The notes beneath the pieces are model-generated. The model searched no databases. It was given only the letters and a program-made list of their open reading frames with translations, and was not told the origin of the DNA. A program made the position numbers and the translations under genes. A stretch of 64,000 nucleotides of DNA from Ascoidea asiatica JCM 7603 (taxonomy: Eukaryota; Fungi; Ascomycota). The DNA lies in NCBI GenBank assembly GCA_001600695.1, contig BCKQ01000005.1, positions 429,993 through 493,992 of the forward strand, in the 5' to 3' direction. Positions 53,070 through 64,000 of the stretch are shown one piece after another. Each line of letters opens with the position of its first letter. The stretch's first letter is position 1.

Positions 53070-56000
53070 TTTGACTATTTTTAAGTAGTGTTTTATAATT
53101 ATTTTGATAAATAATAGTAAAAGAAAGTATTATTCTTGAAATTTTTTATTGAATATTTAGTATTAAATATTAAATATTGAATATAGATTATTAATTATTA
53201 AGTGAAAGAAAATTTTGAACTCAAAAATGAAGAAAAGTTAAGATGATTTTATAAAGCAATTTGGAAGATACATATATATATATATATATACAGTATGTGA
53301 AGTGTTTATTTATTTAGATACAGTATTTGAATGTTTTGATATTTACATAAAACTGGTTGAAATAAATGAGAATTAAAATCACGTTAAAAAAGTAGGATTT
53401 GCTCATTTTCTTTTTGACCCACTTGGATTTAGCTGAAGTAATTCAGAATCAAACAGTTAAGAATATTCCGAATTCACTCCAGCATTCTTAAGCATTATTG
53501 GTGATATAATTATAATTATAAATGGAATACACATGTATGATTGTGAATTGAATTAGATTTTAAAAGGAGTGAGAATTCAACAATGTTGAAAAAAACAGTG
53601 GGCATGTTGAAATTGATAAAAAGTGTATAGAAATTTATTAAAAGTTAATAGAAAGTTTATGAAAAGTGTAAAAAAAGTTTATAAAAACTCGAAAATATTT
53701 CTAAATATTCCTAAATATTCATAAATATTCCTAAATATTCATATATATTCATGAATATTTTTTTTATTTTTATCCAATGAGGTGCCAGCAGCTGCAGAAA
53801 GCCTTCTGTTGAAGGCACATTCGATTGAATATATGCGTTTCTTCGTTGTATCTTGGAATGGAAATTCAGCTTCAAATCCAGCTATAGCTACCATCACTAC
53901 AAAGTTTTAATCACTTTCAATAACAGTAGTACTAGTACTGTAAAAATCTTCTTGAGACAATTTTTGTAACATTAATAACAATTATTTGCTTAGTATTTGA
54001 AACAGCAACATGAAATGGGTATCTGAAAAAGAGTAGACATTATTAGTATATTACATCTCTCGGGCTAACCCGAAGGAAGAGATGACTTGCCTTAAACGAT
54101 GCTTTGTTTGTGGAACAGACAAAAGAAAATTAAATCAGTTTTTTTACTGGCATGGTTGAAATATTACGAAAACAAAGACACGGTCATAAAGGTTTTGTAC
54201 CGGATCAAGTTCTAATTTTTGATTCTATTTTCTTGCTTCCAATTTATTTTCTCATTCTCAAACTCATTGATTCCTGGATTACGCGTCGTTATTAAAATAG
54301 ACACTTGGGTCTTAATAGGCCTAGAGGTTTTAGTAAAGATGAGGAAATTCAATAAAAGCCATGTGAAGTGCGTTGAAATTCATTAAAATTATAGATTTTT
54401 TCATTATCCATTTGTAAATCTGGGATGATCAATTAAATTGCAAATATGTCTATGCAAAAAGATAATAGCTGTTAGGTGGTATTAGTAGTTTTTAGCCAGG
54501 ATCTACTAGCACCATTTGCATATAAATATCTTTTTATGCGCATGTACAATTTCAAAATGCTGGATGCTGGCATTTTGAGTGTTGTGTAACTGGGATAACC
54601 ATATTTTTGTTTTTATGGAAGGATTAGTTTAAAATTTTATGAAAAAAAACGCGGTAGAATTAATGCCTTCTTACATCTTTATACAGCAAACAGATGGAAT
54701 ATGCAGCGAATAATTCTCTGGGAGAAGTGAAATTTAGAAGCTTGTAAAACACTTGATTGAAATTAGTTTTTATAGAACCCAGAGATAAAAAGAATTAGAA
54801 TGGTATGAATTTATTTTATAACAATGTTTTTTATTTTCATAAATAGTAAGCAAATAAGAATGGCAATTTCATTATTATTTTTCAGTACCAAAATGATTGA
54901 ATATTACAATTGAATTAAAAAACATATACTACTATGAATAGAGTATATAAGATATACAGTTTATATCAATATTTATCACAATGTTATGAATATACTCAAA
55001 AGTTTTTGTGTTTTTGTGAATTTTGGGGTTGATTAAAGGTATTAATTAAAGGTATTAATTAATTAAACAAATTAAGCCAGCATTTATTCAGCTCAGATTT
55101 TCAAATACTGTGAAACTTTTATTTTCAAGTAAGGTGCACTGTACACAATGTAAACTCTTCTGAACGGAGGAGAAAGCCCTAATAATAATAATCATTAAAA
55201 CACAAACGCGAAAATGAAATATTTTTGTTAATTTTGAAAATTAGCTTTATAGATCAATTCCGACCATTTTGTTAATCCGACCACATTTATACCACCTTGG
55301 GAATTACAAAATAAATCGGGTCATCAAAATCAACAATGGGTACCGTGAGAAAAACTCTCTAGACCTCCGTTTGTAGAAAGCTTTGAATCTCACTTAAACT
55401 TTCATTTCAGGAAAGAAGACAATCTTATCAGAAAAAGTTTTCTATGTAAATTTGTCAGTATAAATTTTAGCCTGCCGGAACGGAAACACGGATATATTTG
55501 TTTCCGATCCCGTGACTCATTAGAAACTTGAAGTTTGCCAACATTTGTTACAAGGAGGTTATGCTGTTGTTAACAGTTGTTCGCTTGGCTTTTATGGCAT
55601 TTCTAATACAAATCGGTATTGTGTAAGTCTTACAATTACGGACTCACCGCTTGATCCGTTATTGCCATAGCATCAACTCCATTTATACTATTGAATTTAT
55701 TTATGCTTACGTAATGTTCCATGGAAAAAAACCAAGAAAATCAAATCAAAGATGAAGAATGAGGAGGAACTCGCCAGGAATGAAAATTGAAAAATAGAAG
55801 TGAAAAAACATTTGAAAATTAGATACCAATCAACATGTATGTCTTTTACAATAAAACAACAACAATGAAAATATCCATATTTTTTAGTATATTTTCTGCT
55901 AAAAAAAAGAATTATTAGATCACTAAATTACTAAATAGCTAATTAAAGATTTCAATACTTCAAAAATTACACTACTGTAGTGAAAAATTTATTAATATTG

Positions 56001-57238
56001 AATTCAAAATCGTTCGAATAAACAAAAAAAACAAACATATTTCCAGCTTCCTTTCCATATTGAAATAGAACCGCACCGCAGTAACGTTAATCATTTTGCC
56101 GGTAACCTTCTCACCTCTTTTTCACCTCTCACCTTAACGTTACCGACCTTGCTTCCAGTACGCATTTTTTACATTGGTTTTCAATCCACCTCCATAACAT
56201 ACAAGCTCTTTACTTAAAGGCTTTAAGAGCTTTTGATAAACCTTCAATTTTTTAATCTTTCAATCTTTCAATCTCTTAATATTATTATCCCATTCATTTT
56301 ATTCCTATTTTATAATATAATAAAAGTAATCATTACTCAAAAATATCAAAGTCAAAATCATCAAGTAATAAATAACATTATTTGTTGTTAAAAGCCATTA
56401 TTCCTGTCTTCGTATTATTCTCTATTATTTTCTTTTATCAACATTAACCAAGGCTAATTATTTAATTCCAAGCTTTTTTCAATTTGAACAACAGATAGCA
56501 TATTTCAATTTTTACTTCAAAAAATTTATCACAACTACAATTCAAAATTTATATATCTATCTATCTATCTATTTATACTATTTATTATATCATTTTATAT
56601 CTATAATTTCATATTCATCATTTTTTTAATATATTTCTTATAATAATAAAACTTATAAAATCTCCTTTTAGAAATAAAAACTTTATGAGAATTCTCAATT
56701 CGTTCCTTTAGATAAAAATTTGGTTTCAATTATAAATTATAATTTTGAAAATATACAATATATTATAAAAACAACAGCTCTAGATTTTTTTTTGTTTATC
56801 AAATGAATTAAATATTTCTTTCTACAAAAAAGGTATAATTTCAAAATAATTTCAACAACTTTATTTTTTCAATATCCATGCTCAAACATATATTTAAATC
56901 AGTTATATATATAAATTCAAGAAAATATTAACTATTCAAATTTGTTTCTATCACACGCAATACAAATTGTTCAAATTTGAAAATTCCTTTCTTAAAATTT
57001 TTAATTTTCTATTAATTTTTTCAGCGCTTATTTTTTTTATATTGATACATAATTCTTAAAAAAATAAAATTAAAGTCATATTATATCAAATTTCATTTAA
57101 CTTTAGTCATATTTTATTTATTTTACCTATTTTTTTATAAAAAGTTGATAATTTATTCTTTACTAAATTTTTTTTTTCTTTATTCAATAGTTTGTTTTGT
57201 TCTCTAAAAAAATTGATTTACTGTTTTCAATATAAATA

Positions 57239-60200
57239 ATGGATTTTAACTATAATCAGAACTCCAATCAAAGTAATAATCAAAACAATAATCTGAATGA
57301 TATAATACCCCATATAAATACAAATAATAATTATGATAATTCCAATGATGATAATAGAGAAAATGAGATTTTCCCAAATCATCTAAATCATGATTATGAA
57401 TCTCAAGTAAATTCAAATTTCAACTCCAATAATAATGATTCTGAGATCAAACAGTTTTCAAAACATAATAGAACTGATAGTAAAGTTCAACTATCAAATT
57501 TAAATAAAAATATTGATTCTTTATCTCCTTTTGATAATAAAAATAAAATTAATAGTAGTGCAAGTACTTCCCAATCTTCTTTACATTTTAATAACTCAAA
57601 TTCTTCAAATGATATTCATTTCAAACTTAATGAAAATGAAAATGAAAATGAAAAAAATAAAATCAATCATCATCATAATAAATCTTCAAAAGTTAATAGA
57701 AATGAAACAATAATGCAAAGAAATAGATGGGGTACTCAAAGATTTAAATCTGGTCAACCAAAATATGTAAATAGAAATAAAACTTTAAAAAATTGGCATC
57801 ATAATAGTAAAACAAGAAGATCTTTAAAAAATAATTTACCTGAATTTCCTGCTGATTTGAAAAATTTAAAATCAAATAAAAATCCAATTCCAACTCCAAA
57901 TCAAAATCCTGAAGAAGAAGAAGATGAAGATGAAGATAAACTAACTAATAGAGCTCATGAAAAGAGATCTATTTTTTTTAATTTGCCTTTACCTGATGAA
58001 TTTAAAAATGATCAAAATGAACCAATTTTACAATATCCCAGAAATAAAATCAGAACTACAAAATATACTCCTTTATCATTCATTCCAAAAAATCTATTAT
58101 TTCAATTTGGTAATGTTGCAAATATTTATTTTTTAACAATGATTATTTTAAGTTTTTTCAGTATTTTTGGAGTTTCAAATCCTGTACTTGGTGCTGTACC
58201 TTTAATTGTAATTGTATGTATAACTGGAATTAAAGATGCAATAGAAGACTCAAGAAGAACAATATTAGATCTTGAACTTAATAATACTTCAACACATATC
58301 TTAACAGGAATAGATAATCAAAATGTTACTACTGATAATATATCTTTATGGAGAAGATTTAAAAAAGCAAATACAAGATTACTTAAATTAATCATTAAAT
58401 TTATCAAACAAAACTTAACTAAAAAAGGTAGAGAAACCAAAGTTATATCGAAGTATAACAAAGCAAATAACGTTCCCGAAAGAACATCCTTTGAAAGTTT
58501 TGAAACACGATTTAGTGGAAGAGATAGCATAAGCTTAAATACTCGAGAAAGCCTAGATCTTCAAAATAATAATGAAAATCAAGAAAATGAGACTAATCCA
58601 TTTCGAAGTGGGAAAGAAAATGTTCGTGAAGTCACTAATAAACCAACGAATTCACTACTAAACAAATTTTTACCAACAACAGGAAATACTCGATTTGTTA
58701 AAAGTTTTTGGAAGAATGTTAAAGTTGGTGATATTGTAAGAATACACAATAATGATGAAATTCCTGCTGATGTTGTTATCTTGTCAACTTCTGATTCGGA
58801 TGGGGCTTGTTATGTTGAAACAAAGAATCTTGATGGTGAAACAAACTTGAAAGTTCGTCAAGCTTTGAAATGTTCCTCTTCTCTTCGTCATGCATCAGAT
58901 TGTGAGCAATCAAAGTTTTGGATAGAAAGTGAAGGACCACATGCTAATTTGTATTCTTATCAGGGAGTATGCAAATATGCAAATGATCAAGATGATACCG
59001 CCTCTGAATCGATTAATATAAATCATCTTTTATTAAGAGGTTGTATGCTAAGAAATACAAAATGGGCTATTGGATTAGTTCTTTTTACCGGCGATGATAC
59101 TAAAATCATGCTTAACGCTGGTATAACCCCTTCTAAAAAGTCTAGAATATCATCAGAATTAAACTTTTCAGTTATAATGAATTTTGCTTTATTATTTTTG
59201 ATTTGTTTTATTTCTGGATTGGTAAATGGAATTTATTATGGAAATAATGATACATCAAGGACTTATTATGAATTTGGATCAATTGCATCAACTCCTACTT
59301 TGAATGGTATAGTATCATTTTTTGTTGCCATGATTTTATATCAGTCTTTGGTTCCTATATCTCTTTATATTTCCATTGAAATTATCAAAACCGCCCAAGC
59401 CTATTTTATTTACTCAGATGTTCAAATATATTATGAAAATCTTGATTATCCTTGTACTCCGAAAAGTTGGAATATTTCTGATGATCTTGGGCAGATTGAA
59501 TATATATTTAGTGATAAAACTGGGACTTTGACTCAAAATGTCATGGAATTCAAAAAATGTTCCATAAATGGAATATCTTATGGTAGAGCATACACCGAAG
59601 CTCTTGCTGGATTGAGAAAGCGTCAAGGTATTGATGTCGAAGAAGAAGGACTGATTGAAAGAGAAGCTATAAGAAAAGATAAAGAAGTGATGATAAGAGA
59701 TTTACTCAATATTTCACCAAATCCTCAACTTGATCCCAATGATGTGACATTTGTCTCTAAGGAATTTGTGAATGACTTGAAGGGAGTTGGTGGAGAATAT
59801 CAAAAAGAATGTAATGAACATTTTATGCTTGCTTTGGCTCTATGTCACTCAGTTTTAGTAGAACCTGAAAAGAACAATCCGGAGAAATTACTTTTGAAAG
59901 CTCAATCACCAGATGAAAGTGCTTTAGTTGGAACTGCAAGAGATATGGGGTTTGCTTTCATCGGCAGAACAAAAAAAGGTGTTATTGTTGAAGTACAAGG
60001 AATCCAAAAAGAATTTCAAGTTTTGAATACATTGGAGTTCAATTCCACTAGAAAAAGAATGAGTGCAATAATAAAAATCCCCCCTATGAAAAAAGGCGAA
60101 GAGCCTAAAGCCCTTTTGCTATGTAAGGGAGCTGATTCAATTATTTATTCTAGATTAAGAAAAGATGCAGATCAAGAATTACTTGAAAAAACAGCTTTGC

Positions 60201-62242
60201 ATCTAGAGCAATTTGCCACTGAAGGATTAAGAACTTTGTGTATTGCTCAGAAAGAAATGACTTGGGATGAATATTCCAAATGGAATAAAAAACATGAAGT
60301 TGCTACTACAGCCTTAGTTAGAAGAGAAGAAAAGATGGAAGAAGTAGCTGACTCTATAGAACAGGAGCTTACTCTTCTTGGAGGTACAGCCATTGAAGAT
60401 CGTTTACAAGATGGTGTGCCAGATGCCATTGCCATTTTAGGTCAAGCTGGAATAAAATTATGGGTGTTAACCGGAGATAAAGTTGAAACTGCAATAAATA
60501 TTGGATTCTCTTGTAATTTGTTGAACGGAGATATGGATCTTTTGGTCATAAAAACTTCTGGTGATGATGCTGAGCAATTAGCTTCTGAAACAAATCCAAA
60601 AAAAATTGTCAAAAACTTAATTATTAAGTATTTAAAAGAAAAATTTGAAATGGAAGGAAACTATGACGATTTAGAATATGCAAAATCGGATCATAACCCT
60701 CCTTCTGGAAATTTTGGTCTTGTGATAGATGGTGAAGCACTAAAAATTGCTTTGAAAGGTGATTTACAAATGAAATTTCTTTTACTTTGCAAACAGTGCA
60801 GTGCAGTTTTATGTTGCCGGGTTTCACCTGCTCAAAAAGCATCCGTTGTTAGAATGGTTAAAGAAACTTTAGACGTTATGACTTTAGCAATTGGTGATGG
60901 GTCCAATGATGTTGCAATGATTCAAGCTGCAAATGTAGGTGTTGGAATTGCGGGTGAAGAAGGTCGACAAGCTGTAATGTCTTCTGATTATGCTATTGGT
61001 CAATTCAGATACCTAACAAGATTAATACTAGTTCACGGACGATGGTCGTACAAGCGATTAGCAGAGATGATTCCTAGTTTTTTTTATAAAAATGTTATCT
61101 TTACTATAGCATTATTTTGGTATGGTATTTACAATAATTTTGATGGTTCATACTTATTTGAGTATACTTATTTAATGTTTTACAATCTTGCATTTACTTC
61201 ACTACCTGTTATATTGATGGGTATATTTGATCAAGATGTTCCTGATGTTATTTCTTTGTTGGTTCCTCAGCTTTATACTACTGGAATATTAAGAAGTGAA
61301 TGGACTCAAGAAAAATTTTGGTGGTATATGGGAGATGCTCTTTATCAGTCGATAATTTGTTATTTTTTCCCTTATTTATTATATTATCCAACTGGCTTTG
61401 TTACTGGAAATGGATTATCATTAATACATCGTTATTTGATGGGAGTATATGTTACAACTATTGCAGTTACTGCATGTAATTTATACATACTATCACATCA
61501 ATATAGATGGGATTGGATATCTCTTTTAGTCAACTCATTGTCAATCCTTGTTGTTTTTGGTTGGACTGGTGTTTGGTCTTCTGGTTTGACCTCTGGTCCG
61601 TTTTATAAAAGTGCGGTTCAAGTTTATGGGTCTGTCTCTTTCTGGGCTTGCATTTTTGTTGGTATTTTGACATGTTTACTACCAAGATTTGCATATGATT
61701 GTTTTCAAAAAATGTTTAGACCCAAAGATATTGATATAATAAGAGAGTGTGCTGCAAGAGGAGATTTTTCTCAATATCCTGTAGATTATGATCCTACTGA
61801 TCCATCGAGAATCAAAATAAGTAAGTACTCCACAGAACATCTTTCTGAAAATCAAAAAACTGCATCATCATCCTCTCCATGGAGTTCTACAACCAAACGT
61901 GGATCTTTCTTATCAAGGCACTTCTCAAAATCAAAGAGGAAATCTCCCGAAAACTTTGAAAAAACAGATAATAGTCGTCTTACCTCTTCATCTAATAGTG
62001 ACAACAATACTATAAAGACTGCAGAGATCCCACTTCAGCAATTTGATAACTTTGACGCTTTTAATAATCATTCAGAGAGAAATTTCACTCAAACTAGAGC
62101 TAGATCTTCTCTTGATAGAACTAGATTATCTATGATACAAAGTAATGAGCTCTCTCCCACAGTTTCAAGAACTAGGGCGTCTTTAGATATTCCGGGTGTC
62201 AACGTTGCAGAAACTTTGATGAAAACTGTTTCAAGGCACTAA
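57239..62242 (+). CDS. DNF1: P4-ATPase phospholipid flippase Dnf1/Dnf2
   Basis: NKIRTTKYTPLSF, ETKNLDGETNLK, VPISLYISIE, FSDKTGTLTQN, VLTGDKVET, IGDGSNDVAMIQ. Confidence 0.95.
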   Translation: MDFNYNQNSNQSNNQNNNLNDIIPHINTNNNYDNSNDDNRENEIFPNHLNHDYESQVNSNFNSNNNDSEIKQFSKHNRTDSKVQLSNLNKNIDSLSPFDNKNKINSSASTSQSSLHFNNSNSSNDIHFKLNENENENEKNKINHHHNKSSKVNRNETIMQRNRWGTQRFKSGQPKYVNRNKTLKNWHHNSKTRRSLKNNLPEFPADLKNLKSNKNPIPTPNQNPEEEEDEDEDKLTNRAHEKRSIFFNLPLPDEFKNDQNEPILQYPRNKIRTTKYTPLSFIPKNLLFQFGNVANIYFLTMIILSFFSIFGVSNPVLGAVPLIVIVCITGIKDAIEDSRRTILDLELNNTSTHILTGIDNQNVTTDNISLWRRFKKANTRLLKLIIKFIKQNLTKKGRETKVISKYNKANNVPERTSFESFETRFSGRDSISLNTRESLDLQNNNENQENETNPFRSGKENVREVTNKPTNSLLNKFLPTTGNTRFVKSFWKNVKVGDIVRIHNNDEIPADVVILSTSDSDGACYVETKNLDGETNLKVRQALKCSSSLRHASDCEQSKFWIESEGPHANLYSYQGVCKYANDQDDTASESININHLLLRGCMLRNTKWAIGLVLFTGDDTKIMLNAGITPSKKSRISSELNFSVIMNFALLFLICFISGLVNGIYYGNNDTSRTYYEFGSIASTPTLNGIVSFFVAMILYQSLVPISLYISIEIIKTAQAYFIYSDVQIYYENLDYPCTPKSWNISDDLGQIEYIFSDKTGTLTQNVMEFKKCSINGISYGRAYTEALAGLRKRQGIDVEEEGLIEREAIRKDKEVMIRDLLNISPNPQLDPNDVTFVSKEFVNDLKGVGGEYQKECNEHFMLALALCHSVLVEPEKNNPEKLLLKAQSPDESALVGTARDMGFAFIGRTKKGVIVEVQGIQKEFQVLNTLEFNSTRKRMSAIIKIPPMKKGEEPKALLLCKGADSIIYSRLRKDADQELLEKTALHLEQFATEGLRTLCIAQKEMTWDEYSKWNKKHEVATTALVRREEKMEEVADSIEQELTLLGGTAIEDRLQDGVPDAIAILGQAGIKLWVLTGDKVETAINIGFSCNLLNGDMDLLVIKTSGDDAEQLASETNPKKIVKNLIIKYLKEKFEMEGNYDDLEYAKSDHNPPSGNFGLVIDGEALKIALKGDLQMKFLLLCKQCSAVLCCRVSPAQKASVVRMVKETLDVMTLAIGDGSNDVAMIQAANVGVGIAGEEGRQAVMSSDYAIGQFRYLTRLILVHGRWSYKRLAEMIPSFFYKNVIFTIALFWYGIYNNFDGSYLFEYTYLMFYNLAFTSLPVILMGIFDQDVPDVISLLVPQLYTTGILRSEWTQEKFWWYMGDALYQSIICYFFPYLLYYPTGFVTGNGLSLIHRYLMGVYVTTIAVTACNLYILSHQYRWDWISLLVNSLSILVVFGWTGVWSSGLTSGPFYKSAVQVYGSVSFWACIFVGILTCLLPRFAYDCFQKMFRPKDIDIIRECAARGDFSQYPVDYDPTDPSRIKISKYSTEHLSENQKTASSSSPWSSTTKRGSFLSRHFSKSKRKSPENFEKTDNSRLTSSSNSDNNTIKTAEIPLQQFDNFDAFNNHSERNFTQTRARSSLDRTRLSMIQSNELSPTVSRTRASLDIPGVNVAETLMKTVSRH

Positions 62243-62845
62243 AGTTATTTTCAATTGTTAATTATGGAAGTTAAGGGTTTTTTTATTTGCTTAAATTTCA
62301 TTTTGTATTATTACTCCTAGCAATGTTTTATTCTATGTTATTATATTTTCTCATATTTTTGTTATTCATTTCCATTTTTCTCCTTTTAAAAAATCCTAGA
62401 CCTTTTATTTTTCTATAACTATAATTATATTGTTAATTCTCATTTACATGATAAATAATGCGCAGATTTGTAACAAATACATAGTTATGCTATGTTCGAT
62501 ATTTATTCATGAAAAGCTGTATCAAACCTGCGTGATTTAAGTAGGGCGATTGAGATTCCTTGAACGGACAGAAGTGTCCGCTGAAAAATTTTAAAAGTTG
62601 CCTATTATAAAGGGAAATGATCTGTAATCTTGCACTATCTATATTAACTATGTTTTTAGTAACGTTACTCTTATTAAAATTATCATTATCATTATCAATA
62701 TTATCTTCGTAATATTAAGAGTTTATTTACAAAACATACTTTCAATCAGCACATCAGTACCGTTAAAATTCTACAGATTTTCTCATTCCATATATGTATA
62801 TATATATCATTCTTTCATTTATTAAAATTTTAGATCTCAGTAGTA

Positions 62846-63931
62846 ATGGTATCACAAGAAGCTGAAAAACCTTTACAAAATCAAGGTGGTAAAAAACGTA
62901 ATTATTCAAGCAAACAAAAAAGTATGAAGCAGAATGGAAAAAAAGTCTCTTCAATCTCACGGTACCCTAAGGAATCTACAGAAGAATTAGATGACTCAGA
63001 ATTGTGTGTGATTTGTGCTGAAAAGATTATTTTTTCAGCTTTAACACCTTGTAACCATAGAACATGTCATGTATGTGCTTTAAGACAAAGAGCATTATAT
63101 AAAAAAGATATATGTGTCGTTTGCAGAAGCGAGATCAAGGATGTTATTTTTACTGATGAATTGACGGCAAATTATGACAATTACAATTCTTCCACTCCTA
63201 TTGCTATTAATCAAGAATTTGGAATTCGATTTTATTCTGAGGAATCTTATAATAAAACTTTGAATTTGCTCAAACATATATGTCCGTTTAAAGATTGTGA
63301 ACTAGAATTTCCTGATATATTCAAGTTGAATAATCATCTTAAAGATTCCCATGAAAAGCAATATTGTATAATATGCGCTAAGTTTAAAAAGGCTTTCACA
63401 TCTGAATTATTTTATTATAATTCAGGTAAACTTAAAAAACACCAAAGAGAGGGAGATCAACAGGGGTTTACAGGGCATCCAACTTGTAAATTCTGCTCTG
63501 GATTCAAATTTTACTCAGAAGATGAGTTGAAAGTTCATTTAAGAGATAAACATGAAAAGTGCCATATCTGCGAACAAATTGGTGTAACAGAAAATCAATA
63601 TTTCAAAGACTATGAAAATCTATATTCACATTTTTGTAAGGATCATTATGTATGCACTGTTCCAAGCTGTGTTCAAGACAAATTCATTGCATTTGGTAAT
63701 GATATTGATTTGAAAGCACATATGATCAAAGAACACAGTGATATATATGGAGGAAATAAAAGTATTAACTTATTCAGTTCTAGTCTTGATCAAGCTCCTT
63801 CAAGAAAATTTCAATCTCAACTCTCAACTTTTTCAATCCCCCCTTTAAATTCTAATGGGAATTCTAATAGAAGCAGAAATAATGGTAATAACAATAATAA
63901 CACTAATAATAATAATAATAATAATAATAAC

Positions 63932-64000
<69 letters not shown>
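62846..64000 (+). CDS. HEL2: RING E3 ubiquitin ligase Hel2/ZNF598, 5' part; runs off the window and is absent from the ORF track
   Basis: ATG at 62846 opens MVSQEAEK...ELCVICAEKIIFSALTPCNHRTCHVCALRQRALY...CVVCR, then C2H2-like fingers and GFTGHPTCKFC. Confidence 0.92.
63880..64000 (+). repeat. (AAT)n poly-Asn tract inside HEL2
   Basis: Near-pure AAT/AAC run continuing to the window edge. Confidence 0.9.

Noticed and set aside
9753-62242. Sphingolipid or membrane gene cluster (ELO3, SCS7, DNF1, AKR1)
   Set aside because: The genes are spread over 50 kb among unrelated genes, consistent with chance.

Overview
Eukaryotic DNA from a very AT-rich budding yeast (Saccharomycotina). An Ascoidea-like species is my guess from composition, poly-Asn expansion and the tRNA-Leu(CAG); this is inference only. 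The window is gene-dense housekeeping sequence, in order: TFB4 (3' part), a four-exon Asterix/YPR063C-like gene missed by the ORF track, SPP41-like (DUF3020), AKR1, ELO3, STP3/STP4, ISW2, an alkyltransferase-like gene, a DUF89/ARMT1 phosphatase, DPB4, NYV1/VAMP7, SCS7, CRN1, an uncharacterised membrane protein, MGR2, SEC62, ATG21/ATG18, TRA1, a spliced orphan membrane protein, an intron-containing tRNA-Leu(CAG), a spliced orphan Asn/Ser-rich protein, DNF1/DNF2 and HEL2 (5' part). Most interesting: (1) the tRNA-Leu(CAG) with a 62-nt intron, the tRNA at the centre of yeast CUG reassignment; (2) a 211-bp TA-flanked MITE-like element; (3) an ISW2-ATL-DUF89-DPB4 cluster; (4) GC-rich promoter islands surrounded by extremely AT-rich sequence that reaches into genes; (5) eight reconstructed introns with relaxed splice signals; (6) two tandem G-quadruplex motifs. 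Gene identities come from remembered motifs; no database search was run.
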